Source: a virus | Lineage: Duplodnaviria > Caudoviricetes | IMG/VR virus record: IMGVR_UViG_3300026299_000100 | Coordinates: 1 to 42,527 of that record | Strand: one strand, 5' to 3' | Length of the DNA stretch: 42,527 bases | Part shown: one piece after another, positions 34,937 to 42,527 of the stretch | Position numbering within the stretch: the stretch's first letter is position 1 | Layout of the letters: each line of letters begins with the position of its first letter | The notes under the pieces: generated by a model | What the model was told of the DNA's origin: nothing | Database searches by the model: none | Seen by the model: only the letters and a program-made list of their open reading frames with translations | Translations under genes and position numbers: made by a program

Positions 34937-35490
34937 GCTTCACCCCGCAGCAACACGACCTCGCCGGTGTTCGGGTCGCGCAGCGCCCGTACGCGCCCCG
35001 GTACCGGGGCCTTCGGGCCGGTGTCGAGCGCCAGGCGGTAGATCGCCTCCCGTTTCATGGTCGGCGCGGCGCGGCGGGTCACTGTGAGGTACTCCGCAGC
35101 GAGGAGGGCGCGGCAATAGGCGGCCGCTTCACCGACCGAGACCGAGATCTGGTCCGTGGTGGCATGGGCTGCGATTGCAGATGGCGCAAAGCTGCGCAGC
35201 TTGCGCATGCCCGTCCACATATTGTCCTCGGCCGTGCGACCGGCTGCGGGCAGACGGACGAAATCCCCGTCCGCCCGGAACTTCTTGCGGCCAGGGCCAT
35301 GGGCGGTGCCTTCGACCACCAGGACGGCCCCTTCGGCCTCCCAGCCGCGCACGATCTGCGTGGCCTTCTCCATCGTGATGCGCAGCTCTGCACTGATTTG
35401 GGCATAACCGAAGGTGCGCAGGCGCAGGGCGACCGCCCAGGCGGCTTCGGCCAGCGAGGCGGGAATGTGCTTGGCAGAGGTGGACTTCAT
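34933..35490 (-). CDS. Tandem winged-helix protein downstream of MuB
   Basis: W...LR.F, NMW..MR.LR.F, Y...L..A.YL, DTGP.AP, DPN. Confidence 0.75.
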   Translation of the reverse strand: MKSTSAKHIPASLAEAAWAVALRLRTFGYAQISAELRITMEKATQIVRGWEAEGAVLVVEGTAHGPGRKKFRADGDFVRLPAAGRTAEDNMWTGMRKLRSFAPSAIAAHATTDQISVSVGEAAAYCRALLAAEYLTVTRRAAPTMKREAIYRLALDTGPKAPVPGRVRALRDPNTGEVVLLRGEA

Positions 35491-36257
35491 GCTGCAGCCC
35501 CGCGACGATGGAGCGCGGCCGGGACCCCGCGCGGCGGCGGTGCCTCGCCGGAATGGAACGGCTGGCTACCCCAATCGGCAAGGTCCAGCGAGGTCAGTCC
35601 GCGAACTGCCGCGAATTCAGCGACATGGGCCAGGTTGGTGCTGACGTTGCGGATCGACCCGCCCGACTTCTTCAACAAGGCCGCCTTCAGATCAGGAGAC
35701 AGCGTCAGGTCCCGCGCGTAGATACGTGCCAGGTGATCGACGTCCTTTGCGCTGGCGGGCTCCAGCCCGACCCAGCTGAGCATCCGGCTGTGGACCCGCT
35801 CCCAGCGCTGTAGACGCTGCGGCAGCATCTCTTCGCCAATCAGGATCACCGGTGCCTGGCTGATGTCGTGCAGCCGCCGGACAATCTCGATCGGCTTGTC
35901 GGTCAGGATGTGGTCGGCCTCGTCGATCAGCAGCGGGCGGCCCGTCCGGGCCAGCTGCTCTGCCGTCTGGACGAAGAGCGCCTCGGTGGTGCGCGCCGGC
36001 TTCAGGCCCAGCTCTCGGACGATCATCGTCAGCAGCCCTTTGACGCCGCCGATCGGCAGCGCTTCGACATGACAGGCCTCGACCGCGTTGATTGCCCAGA
36101 TGCAGGCAGTGGTCTTGCCCAGCCCGGCGCGACCGTAGAAACACCCCATGCCGGGTAGACCATGCTGGCGGTTCTGGGTTCGGTCGATTAGCGCGGCCAA
36201 CCGCCCGACATTGTCGAGCGGTGCGACCCCATGGACTTGTTCGGCCTGTTTTGCCAT
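35487..36257 (-). CDS. MuB-like transposition AAA ATPase
   Basis: GRAGLGKT (Walker A), LLIDEAD (Walker B), LIGEE; follows the transposase. Confidence 0.92.
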   Translation of the reverse strand: MAKQAEQVHGVAPLDNVGRLAALIDRTQNRQHGLPGMGCFYGRAGLGKTTACIWAINAVEACHVEALPIGGVKGLLTMIVRELGLKPARTTEALFVQTAEQLARTGRPLLIDEADHILTDKPIEIVRRLHDISQAPVILIGEEMLPQRLQRWERVHSRMLSWVGLEPASAKDVDHLARIYARDLTLSPDLKAALLKKSGGSIRNVSTNLAHVAEFAAVRGLTSLDLADWGSQPFHSGEAPPPRGVPAALHRRGAAA

Positions 36258-36281
36258 TCTTGCCTCCTGTGCTCGTCACAT

Positions 36282-36313
36282 GCTGGCGTGGGGTCTTGAC
36301 CACCCCCGCCAGC
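36282..36313. other. Intergenic stem-loop between A and B
   Basis: GCTGGCG(T)GGGG...CCCCCGCCAGC; no U-tract. Confidence 0.45.
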
Positions 36314-36316
36314 GCC

Positions 36317-38455
36317 TCATCCGAAAATCTCGTCGCCAAAATCGTCCCAGAGCAGCCGCTCGGCCCGATAGGCCGGGGTCGTCTGGAACACTGACAGCCA
36401 GCGTTGCTGTTCGGCCGTGTATTGCTGACCGGCTGCCAGCCCCCGTTCCATTTCAAGGGCGCGCTTGAACCGCTCGCGGTCGGTCTCCTCGGCAGGTTGG
36501 GGTGCCCGGCGGCTGGCCAGATCCGCGATGACGCGGTCCTGCGCGCGGGCCAGTTCGTCGGCCGTCAGGCCCGCGGGCTGCTCGGCGCGGGCGGCCTTCG
36601 CCTTGCCGGCGGGCTTGCCGAAGGTCGGGCGAACCACCTTGGCCTCGACCTGGGGCGCGGCAGCCGTTTCCAGCTCGTCGAGCGTCTGGCCGAGTTGCAG
36701 GGCCGAGAAGCGGCGATGCGCCTCCAGCCGCTCCCGTTCGGCATTCTGCCAGGCGCGGCGGGCGCGGGCATGGGTGCGGGCCTCGTCCATGTCGAAGAAG
36801 CCGGCCTTCTGGCGCACCGGCGCATGGCCGAGATAGCGGTTGTCGGCGGCATAGACGTGCAGCCCGTCCCAGAAGGCGGCTGGGTCGAAGCGGATGATGA
36901 CCCGCTCGCCCGCGATCTGGTGCATCCACTCGGCCCAGAACTCGTTGCCCTGGAACCAGACCGCGCCAGTGTTGGCATCGGCCCGCATGCCCTCGGCGCC
37001 CAGCAGCCAGAACCGGCGCTGCGCCTCGGTCGCCTTGCGGATCGCGCGCTGGCTGTAGCTCTCGTCGAAGACCTCGGCAAAGGACCGGCCGAAGGCCACT
37101 TCGGACCTCCGTCCCTGCCGGGTGTTGTGCTCCTCGATCTTCTCGGCAAGTACCGTCAGGAACAGCTCCAGATTGACGGCGCGGCTGCCGTAGTCCTCGG
37201 GCTTGGTGTCGACACTGCGGCCCGTCCAGGCGCCGGCAAGGCGGGGATCGCCGGGCACGGTGCGGGCAAGGTCGCGGAAGGCGCGCTCGATCGGTTTCGA
37301 CTGGCCGGAATAGGGCGTGGCCCAATGGATCGTGCAGCCCAGCGTCGTGAAGAGTCCGGGGATGTCGTCTTCCTTGACCTTGAAGCGGTACCGGGTCGAT
37401 GCGCCGCCGGTGATCGCCTTGGCGGCGAACTCACGACCGTTATCCAGCAGCACATGTTCGGGGATGCCCCATGTGCTGATCATGTCGCCTGCGGCCAGAA
37501 GAACGGCCGTGCTGTTCGGGCTGACATCGACGCGCCAGGCAAGGATGCGGCCCGAATATATGTCCTGGAAGGCGACCATCTGCGGCCGTAGGATCTGCGG
37601 CTTTTCACCGGGGGCCGTGGGCCAGAGAACGAAGACGTCGAACTTGTGGAAGTCGGCGTTGACGGCCTCCAGCGCGCCCAGGGCGGTCTTGTCCCGGACC
37701 TGAACCGGATACATCCGCTTCAGCGCCTCGATCCCCTCGCGCGCCAGCACCTGCATCGGTTTGCTGACAGCGGCGTCAAGGCGGCGGCGCATGGTCCGTT
37801 CGGGCAGGATGGCAAGACCACGCTGCTCGGCAATATTTTTGGCCAGCCGGTAGCTGTCGGTGAATCCGTGCGGCCCGATCCGCAGGAAATCGCTCTTGAT
37901 CAGGTCGAAGACCTCGGGGTCGCAATCCTTTGGCTTGCCGCCGCGCTGCTCATTGGCGCGGTTGCGCGGGGCGAGATAGGGCAGACGATCGTCACTGCGG
38001 ACGCCCTCGATCATGGCGAACCAGCCCCAGATCGTCCGGGCGCCGATCTGGCGGTGCCTGGCAACCAGCGACACCGCCAAATACTTGCCCTCCGAGGGCT
38101 CCAGCGCCTCGACCTCCTGGATGATCTTCAACCGGTCCTGCGCCTTACCCTGCACTGTGGCGGGCAGCTGTTCATACCAGGACCAGACCTCGTCGCGGCC
38201 GCGATGCGCGGGCTGGCGGGCTTCTGCCACATCCGCCAGCAACTTGCGCCGGGCCCGCACCGGGAACAGCTTCCAGCTGTATTCCCAGCCGCCGCCCTTG
38301 CCAGCACGGCGGCGGGCAAAGGCGGGCTGATCGCGCCAGTCAAGGCGCTCGACGTGAAGGTTCACACCCCGCTTCGTGGCGGGCAGATCGGGGAGAGCCG
38401 CGGCGGCGATCTCGTCGGCGGTCCACCATTCCTGATCGGGGGCGAGGCGGGTCAC
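36317..38455 (-). CDS. Mu-type DDE transposase A
   Basis: N-terminal W.TA.EIA...LP.LP Mu DNA-binding domain; NADFH, LDNGREF, SKPIERAF catalytic residues; GTGA-coupled start. Confidence 0.95.
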   Translation of the reverse strand: MTRLAPDQEWWTADEIAAAALPDLPATKRGVNLHVERLDWRDQPAFARRRAGKGGGWEYSWKLFPVRARRKLLADVAEARQPAHRGRDEVWSWYEQLPATVQGKAQDRLKIIQEVEALEPSEGKYLAVSLVARHRQIGARTIWGWFAMIEGVRSDDRLPYLAPRNRANEQRGGKPKDCDPEVFDLIKSDFLRIGPHGFTDSYRLAKNIAEQRGLAILPERTMRRRLDAAVSKPMQVLAREGIEALKRMYPVQVRDKTALGALEAVNADFHKFDVFVLWPTAPGEKPQILRPQMVAFQDIYSGRILAWRVDVSPNSTAVLLAAGDMISTWGIPEHVLLDNGREFAAKAITGGASTRYRFKVKEDDIPGLFTTLGCTIHWATPYSGQSKPIERAFRDLARTVPGDPRLAGAWTGRSVDTKPEDYGSRAVNLELFLTVLAEKIEEHNTRQGRRSEVAFGRSFAEVFDESYSQRAIRKATEAQRRFWLLGAEGMRADANTGAVWFQGNEFWAEWMHQIAGERVIIRFDPAAFWDGLHVYAADNRYLGHAPVRQKAGFFDMDEARTHARARRAWQNAERERLEAHRRFSALQLGQTLDELETAAAPQVEAKVVRPTFGKPAGKAKAARAEQPAGLTADELARAQDRVIADLASRRAPQPAEETDRERFKRALEMERGLAAGQQYTAEQQRWLSVFQTTPAYRAERLLWDDFGDEIFG

Positions 38456-39324
38456 TCGGCGGCCTCCGCCCATTTATGCAGCGGAACACCGGCGTTCTGA
38501 TCGTGCCAAATTTCTTTGGCATAATCGAAAAGGAAGCGCTTCCGCGCGGCCATCGGCGCCCGATCCCATGCCTTGCGCAGGGCGTTGAAGGCCTCTTCAA
38601 CAGGGTCTTTTACCGGGGCATCTTCGCCCTTTTCACGGGCGAGCCAGACCTTGCGGGCGGCGGAAGCTGACTTGGCGCTGCCATCGCGCAGCGCGTCGAT
38701 GACCGCATAGCGCTCGGTCGGGTCCGTGATCGTCCCGATGTCCAGCAGATCCTTCAGCGTCACCGGGCGCGGGCAATCCCGCAGCCGCGCACTGTCTATG
38801 CCAAGCCGCTCACCAGCCGACACCATCTTGAACACCTGACGATCCGACAAACCGAATTTCGCGGCGGTGGAGGTGACGAAGGATGCAACTGACTCCGAGT
38901 CAGTTGCAGAATGCCGTGCCAGCGCGCCGGCAACTCCGCGCCGCGTCTCCGGGTGCAGCCGCTCATAGACGCGCTTGCGCTCGGCCAGAAAGACGGCGGT
39001 GTCGAGCGGGCACATCTCGGCCCCGGCCAAATTGTCGTCGATCTCGATCAGGCGGGCGTGGTCATCAGTGATGTTCGACCACACCCATGCCTCGATCTCC
39101 TCGGCGCCGAGACGCCCGTAGACCGCATGACGATGGCCGCCCGCCAGCAGGGTCAGGCCCTTCTTGGACTTACGCAGGTGGATCGGGTCCTTGATCCGGC
39201 CGATCTCCTGCACCGAGGCAAGAATCGCCTCAATGCCAGCCTCGGTTGCCGGGCGCAGGCGCTGGCCCACGATGATATCGGCCAGGCGGACGCGCTGCAG
39301 GGTGGGGGCGGGCAGGTCTTTCAT
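38452..39324 (-). CDS. ParB N-terminal domain protein
   Basis: I.VG.RLR, PI.LR, LLAGGHR, EIDDNL, RK.VYE.LHPET. Confidence 0.85.
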   Translation of the reverse strand: MKDLPAPTLQRVRLADIIVGQRLRPATEAGIEAILASVQEIGRIKDPIHLRKSKKGLTLLAGGHRHAVYGRLGAEEIEAWVWSNITDDHARLIEIDDNLAGAEMCPLDTAVFLAERKRVYERLHPETRRGVAGALARHSATDSESVASFVTSTAAKFGLSDRQVFKMVSAGERLGIDSARLRDCPRPVTLKDLLDIGTITDPTERYAVIDALRDGSAKSASAARKVWLAREKGEDAPVKDPVEEAFNALRKAWDRAPMAARKRFLFDYAKEIWHDQNAGVPLHKWAEAAE

Positions 39325-39575
39325 TTGACGGGAGGCGCCTTCAACATGGTGTAGGTGAACCGCGGCGACCGGGTGATCGGGTCATGCGAGCGGGTGCAGG
39401 TGATTTCGGCGCCGTGCTGGCGCAGCTCTGAAATGCAGGCGTTGACGGCCATCACGCGGGCCAGCCTGACGATCTGCCGCGTGGTCCGGGGCTTGCCGTC
39501 CGACAGGAGGGCAAGCACCCGGCGCAGACGCGGGCTGGTCAGGGGGGCCGCGTGGATATGGCCGACAGCACCCAT
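39321..39575 (-). CDS. Small winged-HTH protein
   Basis: RL.RVL.LLSDG...TT..I....V.AVN..ISELR..G..I.C. Confidence 0.7.
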   Translation of the reverse strand: MGAVGHIHAAPLTSPRLRRVLALLSDGKPRTTRQIVRLARVMAVNACISELRQHGAEITCTRSHDPITRSPRFTYTMLKAPPVK

Positions 39576-39898
39576 CAGGCGGCCGAGCGGCTGCGATAGC
39601 CGGGAGAGAACGGGTCCGGCGCGATGTCGCGGTGGCGGCAGTCGAGACACATCCGGTTGTGGATGCCCTCGCTGACGAACTGGCGGCCGCAACACATGCA
39701 GGCGCGAGGCCCCCTCTTGGCCGCTCTGTCCGCATTGCGCTGCCGGGCTTCCAGGCTCATCAGCGCCTTGTTCTCGCACTGGAAGGGCCCGGCGAGGTTC
39801 GTGCCGTACTCGTCCTTGACGAACCAGCCATGACCGGCGCGCCAGTCGAGATGCAGGGCACCTATGCGGGGCTTTGAGACGTGTTCGTTGGCGGGCAT
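39575..39898 (-). CDS. Hypothetical zinc-finger protein
   Basis: R.CMCCG..F.SEGIHNRMC..C. Confidence 0.7.
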   Translation of the reverse strand: MPANEHVSKPRIGALHLDWRAGHGWFVKDEYGTNLAGPFQCENKALMSLEARQRNADRAAKRGPRACMCCGRQFVSEGIHNRMCLDCRHRDIAPDPFSPGYRSRSAA

Positions 39899-40347
39899 CA
39901 GAACCCCCCGGCGCGGCAGCGGCGCTCGATCTGGTCCATCTGCTGGTCCGCATCGTCCGACGTGATCAGCAGGATCAGGGTGGACAGCGCGTCTGCTCCC
40001 GCATCGGAGAACTGATCGGCGATGCGGGCAGCTTCCATGCCGATGGCATCGCCACCGCGAAGAACGCTGACCTCACAATAGGCCAGCGACTCGTCTCGCA
40101 GGTCCGATGCTAGCCTTGCCGCCTCGCGGATCCGAGAGACTCGCTCCGCCGGGGACATCGGCCCGGTCGAGAGGCCGGCCAGCTGTTCCAGCCGGTCGGT
40201 CGGGATGGCGCGCGGGGTCAGGGTGCCCAAGGGCGGCGGCGGGGCGAACTCCAGCTCGGCAGCGGCGGCATCCCTCTGCACCCTCTCGCGGGGCTTGGTT
40301 TCGCCGGCAAAGGTCGCGGGTCCGTCATGGGGGTGATCGCGCATCAC
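39898..40347 (-). CDS. Hypothetical protein
   Basis: Coupled ORF in the early operon. Confidence 0.55.
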   Translation of the reverse strand: MMRDHPHDGPATFAGETKPRERVQRDAAAAELEFAPPPPLGTLTPRAIPTDRLEQLAGLSTGPMSPAERVSRIREAARLASDLRDESLAYCEVSVLRGGDAIGMEAARIADQFSDAGADALSTLILLITSDDADQQMDQIERRCRAGGF

Positions 40348-40514
40348 AGGCCCCCCTCGTTCAGGAACAGGGGCAGCAGGCCCAGAACAAACAGCGTGAC
40401 CGCGCCGAGGGCCAGCCCGAGCGGGCTGTCCTCGAAACGGTCAAGCGCGCAGATCATGCGGTGCAGTCGCATGGCAGGCTCCTTGACGAGGTGGATGAAA
40501 GGACGAAGGGCCAT
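40344..40514 (-). CDS. Small hypothetical membrane protein
   Basis: C-terminal TM helix; TGATG coupling. Confidence 0.5.
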   Translation of the reverse strand: MALRPFIHLVKEPAMRLHRMICALDRFEDSPLGLALGAVTLFVLGLLPLFLNEGGL

Positions 40515-40873
40515 CAGGCAGCCCTCCGCTTGCGCGACGACCGCGCCGAGGGCCGGTCGATCCCGGCAGGCCATTCCAGATCGGCGGGCCAGTGGGTGTC
40601 GAACCAGGTCAGGACGCGGGAATAGGCCTCGATGCGGCATCCACCGCCGGCTTCGATATTGGTGAAGAACCGGCTGTGGACGCCCACCCGCGCCGCCAGG
40701 GTGTAAAGCCCACGGTCGGTATGCCTGCAGAGCAGCTGGCCAAGAGAAAGGAGGTGCTCAGCAAACATTTCTTGTGCTGGAGACGAGGCCTGGATCGACA
40801 TCACTGCCATCCGAAGTTTGGCCAATGCGTCTCGGGTCGCGTTAATTTCCGACCGAAGTGCAGGGCGAAGCAT
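40514..40873 (-). CDS. Hypothetical (possibly HTH) phage protein
   Basis: WF..HWP.DLEWP..I.RP motif; TGATG overlap with the ner-like gene. Confidence 0.65.
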   Translation of the reverse strand: MLRPALRSEINATRDALAKLRMAVMSIQASSPAQEMFAEHLLSLGQLLCRHTDRGLYTLAARVGVHSRFFTNIEAGGGCRIEAYSRVLTWFDTHWPADLEWPAGIDRPSARSSRKRRAA

Positions 40874-41151
40874 CAAGCAGCTCCCTTCTTCAAATCGACG
40901 ACATGGGATTTGAGGCGGGTCAGATAGGCTGTCTCAACGACCTCACGGCCTGCGGCCTCGATCAGTCGCGCAAGCAGTGCCCGACCCTTCGGCCCTTTTG
41001 ATTGTCCGTAGGTAGCGTTGCGCGCGACCGAAGGTGCGATGCCATTATCAGCACACCAAGACTCGAAGCTGCCGCCACGGGCCTTGAAAGCTCCAACGAC
41101 AGCATCGTGAAGGATGGCTCCCGGTTGGTAAGGGGGGGCTTGCGCCGACAT
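40873..41151 (-). CDS. Ner/Cro-like early regulator
   Basis: First gene of the early operon, divergent from the repressor; F...G.S...WC..NG HTH-like pattern. Confidence 0.7.
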   Translation of the reverse strand: MSAQAPPYQPGAILHDAVVGAFKARGGSFESWCADNGIAPSVARNATYGQSKGPKGRALLARLIEAAGREVVETAYLTRLKSHVVDLKKGAA

Positions 41152-41189
41152 GAAAACCTCGCAAGGTGGAAATACGCAGATTCAGTGCG

Positions 41190-41218
41190 AGATTAGGTAG
41201 ATAATAATCTACCGTCAA
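41190..41218 (-). promoter_or_regulatory. Early lytic promoter (sigma70-type)
   Basis: TTGACG-17 nt-TAATCT. Confidence 0.8.
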
Positions 41219-41243
41219 GCTGAAAGGTTGAGATTTGTCTACC
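41196..41243. promoter_or_regulatory. Putative repressor operators
   Basis: GGTAGAT-AATA-ATCTACC (41196..41213) fills the early-promoter spacer; degenerate GGTTGAGATTTGTCTACC (41226..41243) covers the repressor start codon. Confidence 0.7.
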
Positions 41244-42047
41244 TTTGGTCAACGGTTGAAGGATGAGCGGGAGCGGCTCGGGTTGACGCAAGTCGACTTT
41301 GCAGCCTTGGGGGGCGCAAAAAAGCACTCCCAGATCAACTATGAGGCAGATAGGACGGCCCCCGGCGTAGATTACCTTCAAGCGCTGGCGGCGCACGGGG
41401 TCGATATCGTCTACCTGATGACCGGGAAAAACATAGTCGAGCCGCTGCCCGGCGGTGGCTTCGATGTTGCCAATGTCGAGGGTGCAATGCTCGAACTCGC
41501 TAGGCGAGCCAGCAACCCAACCTTGGCTGAGGTACGCGATCGCTACCTTGCTGAGCGCCTAGACGCGATGGAAGACCCGCATAGCCTAAGCGATATGTCC
41601 GCCTACGCGTCAGATTTCGCTGTGGTGCCACTGTACGATGTGCAGCTGGCTGCCGGCGCGGGGTATGTGAACGAGTTGGAAGCGGTGATCGGGTACCTAT
41701 CGTTCCGAAAGGACTGGCTGAAGCAGATCGGCGCCTCGTTGCCATCACTCAGGATTGGTCGCGCGACAGGTCCCAGCATGGAACCCACGATACATGATCA
41801 GGACCCTGTTCTGATCGACACTTCCAAGCGTGATGTGCCGTTGTTTGCGCCAGCTCGAAGAAAGAAGGGGCCGATCTACTCATTTCTTCATAACGGCGAG
41901 GCGAGGTTAAAGCGCATCCTCCGCTTCAAGACGGGTGCATCAATGCTGGTCTCGGACAACCCAGAGTTTCCACCAGAGCCCGTCGAACTCGCGAGCCTTC
42001 AGATCGTCGGGAGAGCTCTCTGGTGGGCACATACAGATGAGGAGTAG
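41235..42047 (+). CDS. Prophage repressor, XRE HTH + S24 peptidase
   Basis: RLK.ER.RLGLTQ..FA HTH; LAAGAG cleavage region, GPSMEP (Ser), LKRI (Lys). Confidence 0.92.
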   Translation: MSTFGQRLKDERERLGLTQVDFAALGGAKKHSQINYEADRTAPGVDYLQALAAHGVDIVYLMTGKNIVEPLPGGGFDVANVEGAMLELARRASNPTLAEVRDRYLAERLDAMEDPHSLSDMSAYASDFAVVPLYDVQLAAGAGYVNELEAVIGYLSFRKDWLKQIGASLPSLRIGRATGPSMEPTIHDQDPVLIDTSKRDVPLFAPARRKKGPIYSFLHNGEARLKRILRFKTGASMLVSDNPEFPPEPVELASLQIVGRALWWAHTDEE

Positions 42048-42050
42048 ACC

Positions 42051-42527
42051 GTGGCAACTTGCAGGACCTGTGGTGCAAAAGCCTCCCTCTTTGATATGGC
42101 CGATGGCGAATGCCCTGACTGCCTTCGGAAAGATCGACTGCAACGCGAGGCGGCAGCACTGAAGGAGGCAGAGGAATCCAGTGCTCTTTCTGAGATCATC
42201 CTCACCACCGAAACCGCGCACGATCTGCCCATCGCCCGGCGATTGGACATTATCACGGCCGAGGTCGTCATCGGCATGCACCTGTTCAAGGATATCGCCA
42301 GCACTTGGCGTGATGTCTTCGGCGGCCGCAGCCAGGTGATGCAGACCGGCCTCCGTGATGCCCGAAAGTCCGCCCTCGACGAACTGCGGCGCGAAGCCGC
42401 CTCGATCGGCGCCGACGCGGTCGTCGGGGTCGACCTCGACTATTCCGAGATCTCGGGTGGCGGCAAGAGCATGCTGTTCCTGGTCGCCAGCGGCACGGCG
42501 GTGACGCTGAAAACGACCAGCAACTGA
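42051..42527 (+). CDS. YbjQ/UPF0145 family protein with N-terminal zinc ribbon
   Basis: CxxC...CxxC; RD.FGGRS, AR..AL.EL..EA...[19 protein letters not shown]. Confidence 0.88.
   Translation: MATCRTCGAKASLFDMADGECPDCLRKDRLQREAAALKEAEESSALSEIILTTETAHDLPIARRLDIITAEVVIGMHLFKDIASTWRDVFGGRSQVMQTGLRDARKSALDELRREAASIGADAVVGVDLDYSEISGGGKSMLFLVASGTAVTLKTTSN

Larger units (their letters stand above)
1..42527. mobile_element. Mu-like (transposable) prophage, siphovirus-type tail; ends not located
   Basis: Mu gene order: repressor / ner / A / B / gam / gemA / late activator / lysis / gp25-29 / F / G / I / T / gp36-37 / tail / methylase. No sheath or baseplate-wedge genes seen. Whether 1..1747 lies inside the prophage is not proven. 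Confidence 0.95.

Noticed and set aside
38532..38543. GGAAGCGCTTCC as another late-activator box
   Set aside because: Only the core matches, outer CC/GG arms are missing, and it lies inside the ParB-like coding sequence
941..41000. Many long plus-strand and alternate-frame ORFs (e.g. 16809..18485, 21104..23128, 10964..12463)
   Set aside because: Shadow ORFs of GC-rich coding DNA: Arg/Pro/Ala-rich, no motifs, and fully overlapping a coherent coupled minus-strand gene set

Overview
Almost the whole window is a transposable (Mu-like) temperate prophage with a long non-contractile tail. High GC, a GapR homologue and GANTC sites suggest an alphaproteobacterial host, probably Rhodobacteraceae-like (inference). 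Right to left on the minus strand: Ner-like and early genes, ParB-like protein, DDE transposase A, MuB-type ATPase, Gam, GemA, MT-A70 methyltransferase, putative Mor/C-type late activator, lysis cassette, packaging/head genes, a tRNA(CAT), tail genes with a -1 frameshift, and a Dam-type methylase at the Mu 'mom' position followed by a DUF5131 + TcmP pair. The S24-type repressor and a YbjQ-like gene run rightwards. The TG...CA prophage ends were not found. Most notable: (1) an accessory island between the small and large terminase genes with an Acb2-like anti-CBASS sponge, a GapR homologue and an intact, diverged ATPase-only copy of the large terminase; (2) a MuF protein with a nuclease-like C-terminal extension followed not by an immunity gene but by an 81-nt cloverleaf/kissing-loop RNA candidate; (3) a tRNA(CAT) with an initiator-type acceptor stem and elongator-type arms; (4) a possible three-gene DNA-modification cassette replacing mom; (5) an identical 24-bp palindromic box at two late promoters. 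All family assignments come from motif recognition and gene order; no searches were run.
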